From assembly GCA_963848965.1 (NCBI GenBank), contig CAWKFG010000001.1, positions 544,001-608,000 of the forward strand: DNA of 64,000 bases. Reading direction: 5' to 3'. Each line of letters opens with the position of its first letter. Position 1 is the first letter of the stretch. The notes beneath the pieces are model-generated. The model worked only from the letters and a program-made list of their open reading frames with translations, did no database searches and had not been told where the DNA came from. The position numbers were made by a program, and so were the translations under genes. Shown piece after piece: positions 40,044 through 49,901 of this stretch. This stretch comes from an uncultured bacterium (GTDB lineage: Bacteria > Babelota > Babeliae > Babelales > Babelaceae).

Positions 40044-40099
40044 GTTAAATTTTAAACAGAGAATGGTCAAATTTTGAACAGTTGGTGGTCAAATTTACG
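40044..40099 (+). promoter_or_regulatory. Three direct repeats with a 22-bp period before the ATPase start
   Basis: GTTAAATTTTAAACA (40044), GTCAAATTTTGAACA (40066), GTCAAATTTACGATG (40088). Confidence 0.7.
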
Positions 40100-41329
40100 A
40101 TGTTTCATAGAAATATAAAAGAAAAACTAGAAAAAGCTCTTTCCTTTAGCCCTGTTGTGCTACTTACAGGAGCGCGTCAGACAGGGAAGTCAACCTTAAT
40201 GACAGCAATTGCGCAAGAGCATAAATACTCCTTCCATACTTTTGATAGCCTAACAACATTGGCAGCAGCATCGAGTGATCCTTCTGGCTTTATAGCTGGT
40301 ATCCAAAAACCAGCAATTTTAGATGAAGTTCAACGAATACCAGAGATATTTTTACCTATAAAGCATGAAGTAGATCAAAATAGGCAGCCTGGGCAGTTTG
40401 CTCTTACTGGATCTGCAAATCCACTCCTTATTCCCACACTTGGCGATACCCTTGCAGGCAGAATAAGTATTTTAGAATTGTTTCCTCTGTCTCAAGGAGA
40501 ACTTTTAGGCGTTTTTGATGATTTTATAGATTTTGTATTTGGTGATACATATCCAGCTATAACTAGAATCGCAAGAAAGGATCTTATAGAAAAAATAATG
40601 GTTGGAGGCTATCCAAATGTTCAATTACTAGATGAGGAAATGCGAGATCAGTGGTTTGATAATTACATTACAACTGTTTTAAAGCGCGAAGTAACAGAGC
40701 TTGCAAAAATTGAAGGCATAGTTGAGTTTCCTCAATTATTGCGCCTTTTGGCAACACGTGCGGGAACTATTTTAAATGTCTCAGAACTTTCTCGTGCAAG
40801 CATGCTGGTTAACACTACACTTCGTCGCTACCTTGCACTTCTACAAACCGTATTTCTAGTGAACTTTTTACCTTCATGGGGTATTAATTTAAGTAAGCGA
40901 TTGGTGAAATCTCCAAAAGTATATCTTGTAGATACCGGTCTCCTGAGCTATTTATTGGGTATCAATCATGATAGACTTTCTGTCGATGTCACCCTAGTGG
41001 GCAATCTCTTTGAAAACTTCGTAATAATGGAGCTCAAAAAACAAGCGACCTGGTCAAAACGACGTGTTAATCTTTATTATTATCGAACACTGGATGGTAT
41101 TGAAGTTGATCTTGTACTAGAAGATAAGGCAGGAAACATTGTAGGCATTGAAGTAAAAGCATCAGAAACAGTAACTGCTGCAGACTTTAAGGGTCTTAAA
41201 CATATGCAAGAAACCTATAAAAATAGATTCCTAAAAGGAATTGTATTATATGCAGGCAGTGATAATGTTCCTTTTGGCAAAAAACTCTTTGCATGGCCTC
41301 TCTCCTGCCTGTGGGCAAAACCTGCTTGA
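40100..41329 (+). CDS. AAA_14 ATPase with a DUF4143 nuclease-like C-terminus
   Basis: GARQTGKS, ILDEVQ, LTGS, GGYP, KSPKVYLVDTG, FEN, EVDLV..IEVK. Confidence 0.9.
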   Translation: MFHRNIKEKLEKALSFSPVVLLTGARQTGKSTLMTAIAQEHKYSFHTFDSLTTLAAASSDPSGFIAGIQKPAILDEVQRIPEIFLPIKHEVDQNRQPGQFALTGSANPLLIPTLGDTLAGRISILELFPLSQGELLGVFDDFIDFVFGDTYPAITRIARKDLIEKIMVGGYPNVQLLDEEMRDQWFDNYITTVLKREVTELAKIEGIVEFPQLLRLLATRAGTILNVSELSRASMLVNTTLRRYLALLQTVFLVNFLPSWGINLSKRLVKSPKVYLVDTGLLSYLLGINHDRLSVDVTLVGNLFENFVIMELKKQATWSKRRVNLYYYRTLDGIEVDLVLEDKAGNIVGIEVKASETVTAADFKGLKHMQETYKNRFLKGIVLYAGSDNVPFGKKLFAWPLSCLWAKPA

Positions 41330-41420
41330 CAGATTTTACATAATGTATCAATAATTTTTTGACTTAATTTCAAGCATTAATTATAATTAGTGAGATAAGA
41401 ATCAAACAAAAGGAAGTAAG

Positions 41421-42248
41421 ATGAAGAAAGCACTAGTTATAGTACTCCTAGGATGGTCTATTTCTCTAGTGGGTATGGAGCCTAAAACTTATTTAGATCT
41501 TTTACCTCAAGATCTAAGGCAAGAACTTGCTAAATTCACTACTACTTTAGAAGGCATATATACTTTTGATGAGTTACAAGAAAAACTAAGTGAAATACAA
41601 CAAAATGCTGTGCATCTTAAGAGTCCCTCTTCTTTAGTACAAGCTATCAATAACCTACAACAGCAACTAAAGACTATAAAGAATGCAAACTATAGTAATG
41701 CTATGGCTGCATTACAAGTTTTATCCAAGGATAAAGAGTTAGAGTTTCTTTTTAACAATCCTGATTTTAATCGTATTCTTATAGATGCATTACAGCAAGA
41801 GAACTATACTGAAAAACTAGAAAATATAGCAAAAGCTCTTGGTACTCCAGGTGCTTTAGAATACTCAAGGCAATTACAATTTATAAAAGCAATCAAAAAA
41901 GGAGATATAAAAGCTGTAAAAGAGTTTTTAGATAAAGGTATTAATGTTAATGTTAAAGATGGGGTCAGCAATACTGCTTTAATGATTACTGCCGAAAAAG
42001 GACATAAAGATATAGCAGAATTACTTTTAGCTGCAGGCGCAAATGTTAATGCTAAAGACATAGGTGGTTCTCCTGCTTTAATGCTTGCCGCTTTGTACGG
42101 AAGTAAAAGCATAGCAGAGTCACTCATTAAAGCAGGAGCAGATGTTAATGCTCAAAATGTCCGTGGCAGAACAGCTTTAATGCATGCTGCGGACTATGGC
42201 TATAAAGAAATAGTAGAACTACTTAAGCATCATGGCGCACGGAAATAA
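41421..42248 (+). CDS. F-box-like/ankyrin family member
   Basis: Signal, MEPKTYLDLLPQDL, FNNPDFNRIL, about 4 ankyrin repeats. Confidence 0.9.
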   Translation: MKKALVIVLLGWSISLVGMEPKTYLDLLPQDLRQELAKFTTTLEGIYTFDELQEKLSEIQQNAVHLKSPSSLVQAINNLQQQLKTIKNANYSNAMAALQVLSKDKELEFLFNNPDFNRILIDALQQENYTEKLENIAKALGTPGALEYSRQLQFIKAIKKGDIKAVKEFLDKGINVNVKDGVSNTALMITAEKGHKDIAELLLAAGANVNAKDIGGSPALMLAALYGSKSIAESLIKAGADVNAQNVRGRTALMHAADYGYKEIVELLKHHGARK

Positions 42249-42250
42249 CT

Positions 42251-42372
42251 TTCTTCATCCTTCTGCCTCAGTCACCCCAAGGCTCCAAGGGTATTAAGAC
42301 TTTTTAATCCTTTAGAGAGAGATATCAATGATAAGACATAAATAATAATTCTATTAAAATCAGGTTTCTTTA
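42251..42372 (-). pseudogene. Remnant of the family helical domain
   Basis: Minus strand reads KPDFNRIII..LNTLGALG*LRQK. Confidence 0.65.
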
Positions 42373-42700
42373 ATTCCAAAGTATGAAACAGTTAGGCGAA
42401 CTTTTTTGGTTAGCGTTGAAAAAAGGCTTAAATTCAAGCATATTTCATGTCCGAAAAGCGCACATTGCAGACATGCAGCGTTTTAGAATTCTACCCGACT
42501 CATTGTTTTAAGTGTTTATTTTTATTCTGCTTTACATGAGTTTGAATGTTGCCAGAAAGACAGAGAAAGTCGTATAAACTTATAAGCGATCCAAGGCTAT
42601 AGCGCCCCCCCTAAACCATTTACTGCAAAATTGAAATAAACAATCCAAGCAACCCTAGCGACTTTTTACAACGAGAAACATGCGCCAAATGGTGCCGTAT

Positions 42701-42730
42701 TATAATTATAAAAAGCTTTTTATAATTATA
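42701..42730. repeat. Perfect 30-bp palindrome
   Basis: TATAATTATAAAAAGCTTTTTATAATTATA. Confidence 0.9.
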
Positions 42731-42807
42731 GACAAAACCATTATTGCTTAGCAAATATTCATTTATAGTTGATTTGTGTGCGCATGAATCTTATAATTAT
42801 ACGACGC
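42731..42807. repeat. ~78-bp direct repeat, copy 1, ending in an XerC-arm-like motif
   Basis: Aligns by eye (about three quarters identical) with 44057..44134; ends TTATAATTATACGACGC. Confidence 0.75.
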
Positions 42808-42903
42808 ATCTGCCAGAAACTTTACTTCCTTAATTCGATTGGTAACTGGCAAGAGACAAACAAATTATAGGACTCGTATCATGCCTTAAAGCTCATCATA
42901 CGA

Positions 42904-43890
42904 TTAAGAGATCATTTTGCTCCATGCTTTGAGAAGCTCTACTACATCTTTATCTCCGCGAAAAGCAGCTATGATCTCAGCGGTATTACCGTCTTTATCT
43001 TCAGCATTAATATCAGCACCTGCATATATAAGTAGTTCTACTATATCTTTTTGTCCCTTTTCAGCAGCAAGCGTTAAAGCAGTATCTCCATTCTCATTTT
43101 GAACATTAACGTCAGCACCATGGGTTATGAGCATTTTTACTATATCTTTACTTCCTGCGGTTGCTGCCCATATTAAAGCAGTATTGCCATACTCATCTTG
43201 AACATTAACGTTGGCACCTCTAGCTAGTAATAAAGATACAACTTCTTTATGTCCGTTCTTTGCAGCTTCACGTAAAGCAGTCCTGCCGACTACTATATCA
43301 TCTTGAGCATTAATATTAACACCAGCATCTAAAAAGTCTTTTACTGCATTTATGTTTCCTTTTTCTGCAGCATCTATAAATTGTAATTGTCTTAGATATT
43401 TAAGAGATCCTAGTGTATCAATTTCTTGTGTTATGTTTTCTGGTGCTTTAAAAGGATTTTTATAATATAATTCACTAATAAGAATTTGATTAAAATCAAG
43501 ATTATTAAAAAGGAATTCTAAATCTTTATCTTTGGATAAAGTTTGTAGCGTAGCTAAGGCATTATCATAATCTGCATTCTTTATAAGCTCTAGTTGGTCC
43601 CATAGGTTGTTAAGAGCTTGTATTAAACGAGAAAGACTCTTAAGATGCACAGCTTTTTGCTGTATTTCATTTAGTTTTTCTGGTAACTCATCAAAAGTGT
43701 TTATGCCTTCTAAATTAGTAGAGAATTGAATAAGTTCTTTTTGAAGCTCTTGAGGTAAAAGCTTAAGATAGCTTTCTCGTTCTTGAGCTGGAAGCTCCTC
43801 TGAAGGCGTAGGCCATAGCGATGAGGGATCCTCCATGCTATATATATTGATACAAAACATTACAAACGCTATCCATATTGTTCTTTTCAT
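42904..43890 (-). CDS. F-box-like/ankyrin family member
   Basis: Signal then MED; SYLKLLPQELQKEL; about 5 ankyrin repeats. Confidence 0.9.
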   Translation of the reverse strand: MKRTIWIAFVMFCINIYSMEDPSSLWPTPSEELPAQERESYLKLLPQELQKELIQFSTNLEGINTFDELPEKLNEIQQKAVHLKSLSRLIQALNNLWDQLELIKNADYDNALATLQTLSKDKDLEFLFNNLDFNQILISELYYKNPFKAPENITQEIDTLGSLKYLRQLQFIDAAEKGNINAVKDFLDAGVNINAQDDIVVGRTALREAAKNGHKEVVSLLLARGANVNVQDEYGNTALIWAATAGSKDIVKMLITHGADVNVQNENGDTALTLAAEKGQKDIVELLIYAGADINAEDKDGNTAEIIAAFRGDKDVVELLKAWSKMIS

Positions 43891-44056
43891 AAAGGCTTCC
43901 TTGCTTGTTTTATTTTTTCAGAACTCTTGATCATGTTAAACTATTTATTGCAAAATAGCAACACCCCGACCAGTGCCTAGGCTTATTTTTCACAAGGAGA
44001 AACCACCACCCTTTTGATGTCATATTCTATACAAGAAAAACATTTTTCACCTACGA

Positions 44057-44134
44057 GCCAAAGACATTAGTGCTTAGTGAATACTCGTTTGTAGTGGATC
44101 TGCGCAAGCATTAATTTTTATAATTATGCGACTC
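44057..44134. repeat. ~78-bp direct repeat, copy 2, ending in an XerC-arm-like motif
   Basis: Ends TTATAATTATGCGACTC; with copy 1 it brackets gene 42904..43890. Confidence 0.75.
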
Positions 44135-44668
44135 GATTGAAAGCTACAGAGTTCTGCTATATTTTTATGTCCTTCTTTTGCAGCTATCATTAAAGCAGCA
44201 ACTCCGTTTAATATTACCCTGGTTGCATTTATACAAAGACGGTTGGATCATGTGTATTTAATATAGAACTACAACTACTAGAGTTCGTAAAAGATGTACC
44301 TAACAAGTTTACCAAAACAACAGAAGATAGACGCTCTAACTGAATTGAATACAACCAGAATAGCTATGGAGATCTTTTATCTTAAGTTACATGAGCCCGA
44401 GCCGCATAATTATAAATTACAACAAAACAACAAACGCATTACAAGGCATGACCATTCGCGTTTCTGTATTGGGGCTCATTATCATGTCCTACGGACTTGC
44501 TTTATTTGAATTAGAGTGTTTATGTTAAAAATGTCGATTGTATGGCCTTTTTAAAAACCTTCACTCTAAAATATGCCATCTTTAACTCTGCAAGGATTCT
44601 TATAGCTGTTATCGCTATTGCCGTTAGCAACTTCTGCTTCGAGGAGCATCCTCATTTCTTTATTTCTT

Positions 44669-46114
44669 TCATTGCAAAGCATATGATAAAATCGACACAT
44701 CTGTATTGTTTTCTTGAGCATTTATAAGTAGTTTTACTATCTCCTTGTAGCCGAAGGATACTGCCCAATCTAAAGCAGTTTTACCCTCTTCATCTTGAGC
44801 ATTAATATTTGCACCAGCTGCTAGAAGTAGTTCTACTACATCAGCATTCCCTTTATTTACAGCAAATATTAGAGCAGTTTGTCCCATACATTTTACATTA
44901 ACATCAGCTCTTGCAGCTATATACATATCTACTATCTTCTTATATCCTCCATGTATAGCCTCTATTAAAGCAGTCCAGCCATTATTACTTTGAACATTAA
45001 CATTTGCGCCTGCAGCTATAAGCATTTCTACTGTATCTTCATATCTCTCTCTTGCTGCAATTATTAGAGCAGTCTGGCCATTTATATCCTTCGCATTAAC
45101 ATCTGCCCCTGCATTTATAAGCATTGCTGCTATCTCATTATGACGATCTAAAGCAGCATGAATTAAAGCAGTATCACCATATTTATTTGCAGAGTTAACG
45201 TCTGCCTTGGCTTTAAGAAGCAATTCTACTATATCTTTGTGTCCAATAGTTACAGCACGCATTAAAGCAGTAGAGCCATTCTCATTTTGAACATTAACAT
45301 TTGCGCCTGCAGCTATAAGCACTTCCACTATCTGTTTATATCTAAGCATCTCTGCCATATCTTTATACACACGGTCTACTGCACCTATTAAAGCAGTCCG
45401 GCCATGTAGATTTTTCGCATTAACATCTGCTCTTGCATTAATGAGCAGTTCTACTATTTCTTTGAATCCACTACCAGAAGCATACATTAAAGCGGTTTGG
45501 CCATTTAAACCACGAGCATTAACATTAGTACCTTTATCTATCAGCTCTTTTACCTTTTGTGTATCCCCTTTTTCTACTACCTCTAGAAATTCAAGGTACC
45601 TTGCAAGCTCTAAAGCTCTGGCAGTAGCCAAATTTTCTGCTATATTTTTTGGTCCCACACCTAGTTCTTCAGCATTTGATTTATGCCAGAGGCTATCTAC
45701 AAGAATACGGATAAAATTAGGATTATTAAAGAAGAATTCTAACTCTTTATCTTCTGATAAATCCTTTATTAAGGCTAATGCATTAGTGTAATTTTCTCTC
45801 TTTATTTGCCATAAACGATCTTCCAATCTTTCAAGAACCTCTGCTGAAAGAGATGCTCGAAGAAGAGAAATCCCTTGTATTTCTTCTAACTTTCTCAACA
45901 GCCCATTAATTGTATTAACATCAGATGAACCACATAGGTTAAAAAGAAATGTAACGAGCTCGTTTTTAAGTTCTTGAGGCAAAAGGCTTAGGTATGTTTG
46001 TTCCTGCTTTCCTTTTTTTTCGGCTTGTTCTTTAATGTCTTCGCTTTCTTGCTCCATTGTTAGAGTTGTGATACTCCATCCTATTATAAGCATCATTATT
46101 ATTGTTTTCTTCAC
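44669..46114 (-). CDS. F-box-like/ankyrin family member, long
   Basis: Signal then MEQ; TYLSLLPQELKNEL; about 9 ankyrin repeats. Confidence 0.9.
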   Translation of the reverse strand: MKKTIIMMLIIGWSITTLTMEQESEDIKEQAEKKGKQEQTYLSLLPQELKNELVTFLFNLCGSSDVNTINGLLRKLEEIQGISLLRASLSAEVLERLEDRLWQIKRENYTNALALIKDLSEDKELEFFFNNPNFIRILVDSLWHKSNAEELGVGPKNIAENLATARALELARYLEFLEVVEKGDTQKVKELIDKGTNVNARGLNGQTALMYASGSGFKEIVELLINARADVNAKNLHGRTALIGAVDRVYKDMAEMLRYKQIVEVLIAAGANVNVQNENGSTALMRAVTIGHKDIVELLLKAKADVNSANKYGDTALIHAALDRHNEIAAMLINAGADVNAKDINGQTALIIAARERYEDTVEMLIAAGANVNVQSNNGWTALIEAIHGGYKKIVDMYIAARADVNVKCMGQTALIFAVNKGNADVVELLLAAGANINAQDEEGKTALDWAVSFGYKEIVKLLINAQENNTDVSILSYALQ

Positions 46115-46344
46115 TTTATTTGTTCTTTCCTACTTCTATACCGTATAATTTTATTGTAGATCAACGTTCTCTTTATATGTTCCAGCACTATTAAAAAAGG
46201 TAGAGCAAAATGGCTCAACAACACAATGCAATCGCAGAACTTAGATCTTTTAACGCAATTATTTATTATACCTTTGATTTATAACTATGACAAATTCAGC
46301 AGCACTATTTTTAATGTAGAGTGTTGTATAAATTACCATTATGT

Positions 46345-46401
46345 GTTAAAATTTTAAACATGCAGAGGTCAAATTTTGAACATTTGGTGGTCAAATTTAC
46401 G
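46345..46401 (+). promoter_or_regulatory. Three 22-bp-period direct repeats before the second ATPase
   Basis: AAATTT cores at 46349, 46371 and 46393; homologous to 40044..40099. Confidence 0.7.
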
Positions 46402-47637
46402 ATGATTTATAGGAATATAAAAGAAAAACTAGAAAAAGCCCTTTCTTTCAGTCCTGTTGTACTTTTAACAGGAGCTCGCCAAACAGGAAAGTCAACCTTA
46501 ATGGCAGCAATTGCACAAGAACGTAATTATTCTTTCTATACATTCGATAGTTTAACAACATTGGCAGCAGCAACAAACGATCCTTCCGGTTTTATAACTG
46601 GCATTCAAAAGCCAACAATTTTAGATGAAGTTCAACGGATACCAGAAATATTTCTACCTATAAAGCATGAAGTAGACCGAAATAGACAGCCAGGGCAGTT
46701 TGCTCTTACAGGATCTGCCAATCCGCTCCTTATTCCCACACTTGGCGATACTCTTGCAGGAAGAATAAGCATCTTAGAGCTATTTCCTTTATCACAAGGG
46801 GAACTTTTAGGCATTTTTGATGATTTTATAGATCTAGCGTTTAGCGATAAGCATCCTATTATAGCTCAAGTCTCGAAAAAAGAGCTTATAGAAAAAATGA
46901 TAATTGGAGGATATCCAAATGTTCAATCAATAGACGAAGAGCAGCGAGACCAATGGTTTGATAATTATATTACGACAGTTTTAAAGCGAGAGATAAGCGA
47001 GCTTGCAAAAATAGAAGGTATAGTTGAATTTCCTCAATTATTGAGACTTTTAGCAACGCGAGCCGGGACTATCTTAAACGCCTCAGAACTTTCTCGTGCA
47101 AGCATGCTTGTAAATACTACTCTTCGTCGCTACCTTGCACTTTTGCAGACGGTATTCTTAGTTGGCTTTTTACCTTCATGGGGTGTTAACTTAAGTAAGC
47201 GATTAGTCAAATCTCCGAAAGTATATCTGGTAGATACTGGCCTGCTAAGCTACTTATTGGGTATCAATCATGATAGACTTTCTGTTGATAGCGCGCTTAT
47301 AGGCAATCTTTTTGAAAACTTTGTTGTAATGGAGTTGAAGAAGCAAGCTACGTGGTCAAAAAGGCGTGTTACCCTTTATTATTATCGAACACTCGATGGT
47401 ATTGAAGTTGATATTGTTCTAGAAGATAAAGCAGGAAACATTGTAGGAATTGAAGTTAAGGCCTCAGAAACAGTGACTGCTATGGATTTCAAAGGCCTTA
47501 AACATATGCAAGAAACATATAAAGATAGATTTTTAAAAGGAATTGTACTATACGCAGGCAGCGAAGGCGTTCCTTTTGGCAAGAACCTCTTTGCTTGGCC
47601 TATTTCATCTTTGTGGGCAAAAAATACGCAAATTTAA
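46402..47637 (+). CDS. AAA_14/DUF4143 ATPase, close paralog of 40100..41329
   Basis: Same motifs and long identical peptide stretches. Confidence 0.9.
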   Translation: MIYRNIKEKLEKALSFSPVVLLTGARQTGKSTLMAAIAQERNYSFYTFDSLTTLAAATNDPSGFITGIQKPTILDEVQRIPEIFLPIKHEVDRNRQPGQFALTGSANPLLIPTLGDTLAGRISILELFPLSQGELLGIFDDFIDLAFSDKHPIIAQVSKKELIEKMIIGGYPNVQSIDEEQRDQWFDNYITTVLKREISELAKIEGIVEFPQLLRLLATRAGTILNASELSRASMLVNTTLRRYLALLQTVFLVGFLPSWGVNLSKRLVKSPKVYLVDTGLLSYLLGINHDRLSVDSALIGNLFENFVVMELKKQATWSKRRVTLYYYRTLDGIEVDIVLEDKAGNIVGIEVKASETVTAMDFKGLKHMQETYKDRFLKGIVLYAGSEGVPFGKNLFAWPISSLWAKNTQI

Positions 47638-47643
47638 ACAAGC

Positions 47644-48012
47644 TCAGAAAGCAAAACTCGCCTGGCTTAATGTATTCAGTTCTATTATACCAGAAGCTAA
47701 AAAGTCTTTTACAGCTGCAACATTGCCTTCCTTTACGGCGGTTATAAAATATTCTTGCCGCAGATATTCGCGTGCTCCTGGCGTATCAATCGCTCGTGCT
47801 ACTTTTTCTGCATTAGCATATCCTTTTCTATAAAAAAGAGACCTTGCAAAAATACGAATAAAATCAGGGTTATTAAAAAAAGATCCTAGTTTTTTGTCTT
47901 GAGATAATTGTTTTATGATAGCTAATGCATTATCATATTTTGCATTCTTTATCTGCTCTAATTGCTGTTGAAGATTATTAAGGGCTTGAGTAAAACCTAA
48001 TAAACTAAACAT
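47644..48012 (-). pseudogene. Internal fragment of an F-box-like/ankyrin gene
   Basis: QALNNLQQQLEQIKNA..FFNNPDFIR..TPGAREYLRQ..; no signal peptide or F-box, truncated at the first ankyrin. Confidence 0.8.
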
Positions 48013-48138
48013 TAGTTAATTATTCTTGTAAAATAGAATTTGGGCAGGGAGTTTGCTTCTATGATAGTTTATGGTGTTTGAGTAAAATCTGTCTTGAGCG
48101 AAGCACTTAAAATAAGAGAGCCCCAGGGGACTTATAAT

Positions 48139-49164
48139 TTATTTTGCACCATGCCTTTTAAGAAGCTCTACTATCTCTTTATATCCACATTGTGTAGTAA
48201 TCATTAAAGCAGTATAGCCATATTCATCTTGAGCATTAACATTTGCACCAGATTTAATAAGCATTTGAACTATATCTTTATGTCCATACAGTGCAGCATA
48301 CCTTAAAGCAGTTCCGCCATATTTATCTTTAGCATTAACATCGGCACCCTTAGCGATAAGCATTTGTACTATATCTTTATATCCACGAGAAGCAGCATTC
48401 ATTAAAGCAGTCTGACCATACACATTTTTAGCATTAACATCTGCACTAGCTTTAAGAAGCATCTCTACTATTTCTTTGCGCCCTTTTTCGGCAGCAAACC
48501 ATAAAGCAGTATTGCCTTTATTGTCTTTAGCATTAACATTTGCCCTATGAGCTAGAAGTAGTTCTGCTATATCTTTATGTCCAATAGCAGCATACATTAA
48601 AGCTGTCCAGCCATCATTATCTTTAGCATTAATATCAATACCTTTATCTAAAAAGTCTTTTATAGCTTTTACATCTCCTTTTTCTGCAGTCTTTAAAAAC
48701 TCTAATTGCTTCAACCATTCTAAGGCACCAGAAGTATTAAGCTCTTTTGCTATGTTTTCTGGATTCTTCAAAAAAAGGTTCTGCTGCCAAAGTACAGATG
48801 TAAGAATGCGATTAAAATTAGGATTATTAAAAAGGAACTCTAACTCTTTATCGTTAGACAAAGCTTGCAGTGCAGCTAAAGCATTAGTATAGCTTGCTGT
48901 CTTTATAAGTTCTAGTTGTTGCTGTAGGTTATTGATAGCTTGTATTAATGAAGAGAGACCTTTAAAATATGCTGCCCTTTGTTGTATTTCACCTAGTTTT
49001 TCTTGTAACTCTTTAAAAGTCTGTATGTCTTGTAAACTAGTAGTGAATAGAATAAGTTCTCGTTTAAGGTCTTGAGGTAAAAGTTCTAAATAACTCTGCG
49101 GTTCCATACCTAGAATAGAGATAGACCAGCCTAGTAGTAGCGCTAACAATCTTTTTTTAATCAT
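48139..49164 (-). CDS. F-box-like/ankyrin family member
   Basis: Signal, MEPQSYLELLPQDL, about 6 ankyrin repeats. Confidence 0.9.
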   Translation of the reverse strand: MIKKRLLALLLGWSISILGMEPQSYLELLPQDLKRELILFTTSLQDIQTFKELQEKLGEIQQRAAYFKGLSSLIQAINNLQQQLELIKTASYTNALAALQALSNDKELEFLFNNPNFNRILTSVLWQQNLFLKNPENIAKELNTSGALEWLKQLEFLKTAEKGDVKAIKDFLDKGIDINAKDNDGWTALMYAAIGHKDIAELLLAHRANVNAKDNKGNTALWFAAEKGRKEIVEMLLKASADVNAKNVYGQTALMNAASRGYKDIVQMLIAKGADVNAKDKYGGTALRYAALYGHKDIVQMLIKSGANVNAQDEYGYTALMITTQCGYKEIVELLKRHGAK

Positions 49165-49376
49165 CTTATTCCTTTTATTATAGCATTTTATAGTAATCAA
49201 TTATACTTAAAGATTGTCTTTTGACCAGAAGATAATATTTTTTAAACTCTTATTTTATGCTAATTCTTTAAAAACCAACACTTGTATTAAAGACTAGGAA
49301 TGCATTAGTTTAATGCTCAAGAAATATCTTGTAGAAGAATTATTTTGAGCTAAGTGGCACAAAAGTTAAGTTAATT

Positions 49377-49410
49377 TTGACTCACTTGACTCATGCTTGA
49401 CTCATGAGTT
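49377..49410. promoter_or_regulatory. TTGACTCA x3 operator-like repeats
   Basis: TTGACTCA at 49377, 49386 and 49397, upstream of the AlbA_2 fragment. Confidence 0.6.
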
Positions 49411-49451
49411 ATACTAGTAGTGAGGAAATGAGTTAAACTGAAGGAACTTAC

Positions 49452-49673
49452 ATGAAATACCCAGAACAAGAATCCTCGACATTAGAATTCAAGGAATCTT
49501 TCCCAAAAAATAATCAAATTACTAAGACATTAGTTGGCTTCTGTAATCAGCATGGAGGTAAAATACTTATAGGTGTTGATAATAGTGGCACTATTAAAGG
49601 TCTTGCTGAAGAAGATATTGAACATGCTCTTGAGAGCCTTGATAAAGCTATATTTGAGATAACTTGTCCTTAA
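49452..49673 (+). pseudogene. Truncated AlbA_2 (Schlafen-like) domain gene
   Basis: ESSTLEFKE..GFCNQHGGKILIGVDNSG motif; stops after 73 aa. Confidence 0.75.
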
Positions 49674-49901
49674 TACCAAGACTATTTAAAAATAAAGGGT
49701 TAATTATTTGCATATTACTTATCGTCCCTAATCCATAAGGCTTTTATTGCTTAAGCTCAATCTTTTATTATAACTTATTTTTCATTAAACTCTAAATTAC
49801 TAATGTGCTAATAGACCGAATCTTTATGTCCTCTTTGTACGGCTTCAAAAAATACCGTGACTATACAAAGACAAGTGGTTTGCCTACCGTTACACTTAGC
49901 A

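Noticed and set aside
44294..44727. ORFs 44294..44509 and 44542..44727 as real genes
   Set aside because: No RBS or recognisable motif; they lie in scar-rich intergenic DNA
31797..46148. Integron attC array
   Set aside because: The motifs read GCATAAT/ATTATGC rather than RYYYAAC/GTTRRRY, genes are in mixed orientation, and no IntI is present
8472..48049. KOPS GGGNAGGG at 8472 and 48042
   Set aside because: Only two noticed, one overlaps an RBS, and the KOPS motif of this lineage is unknown
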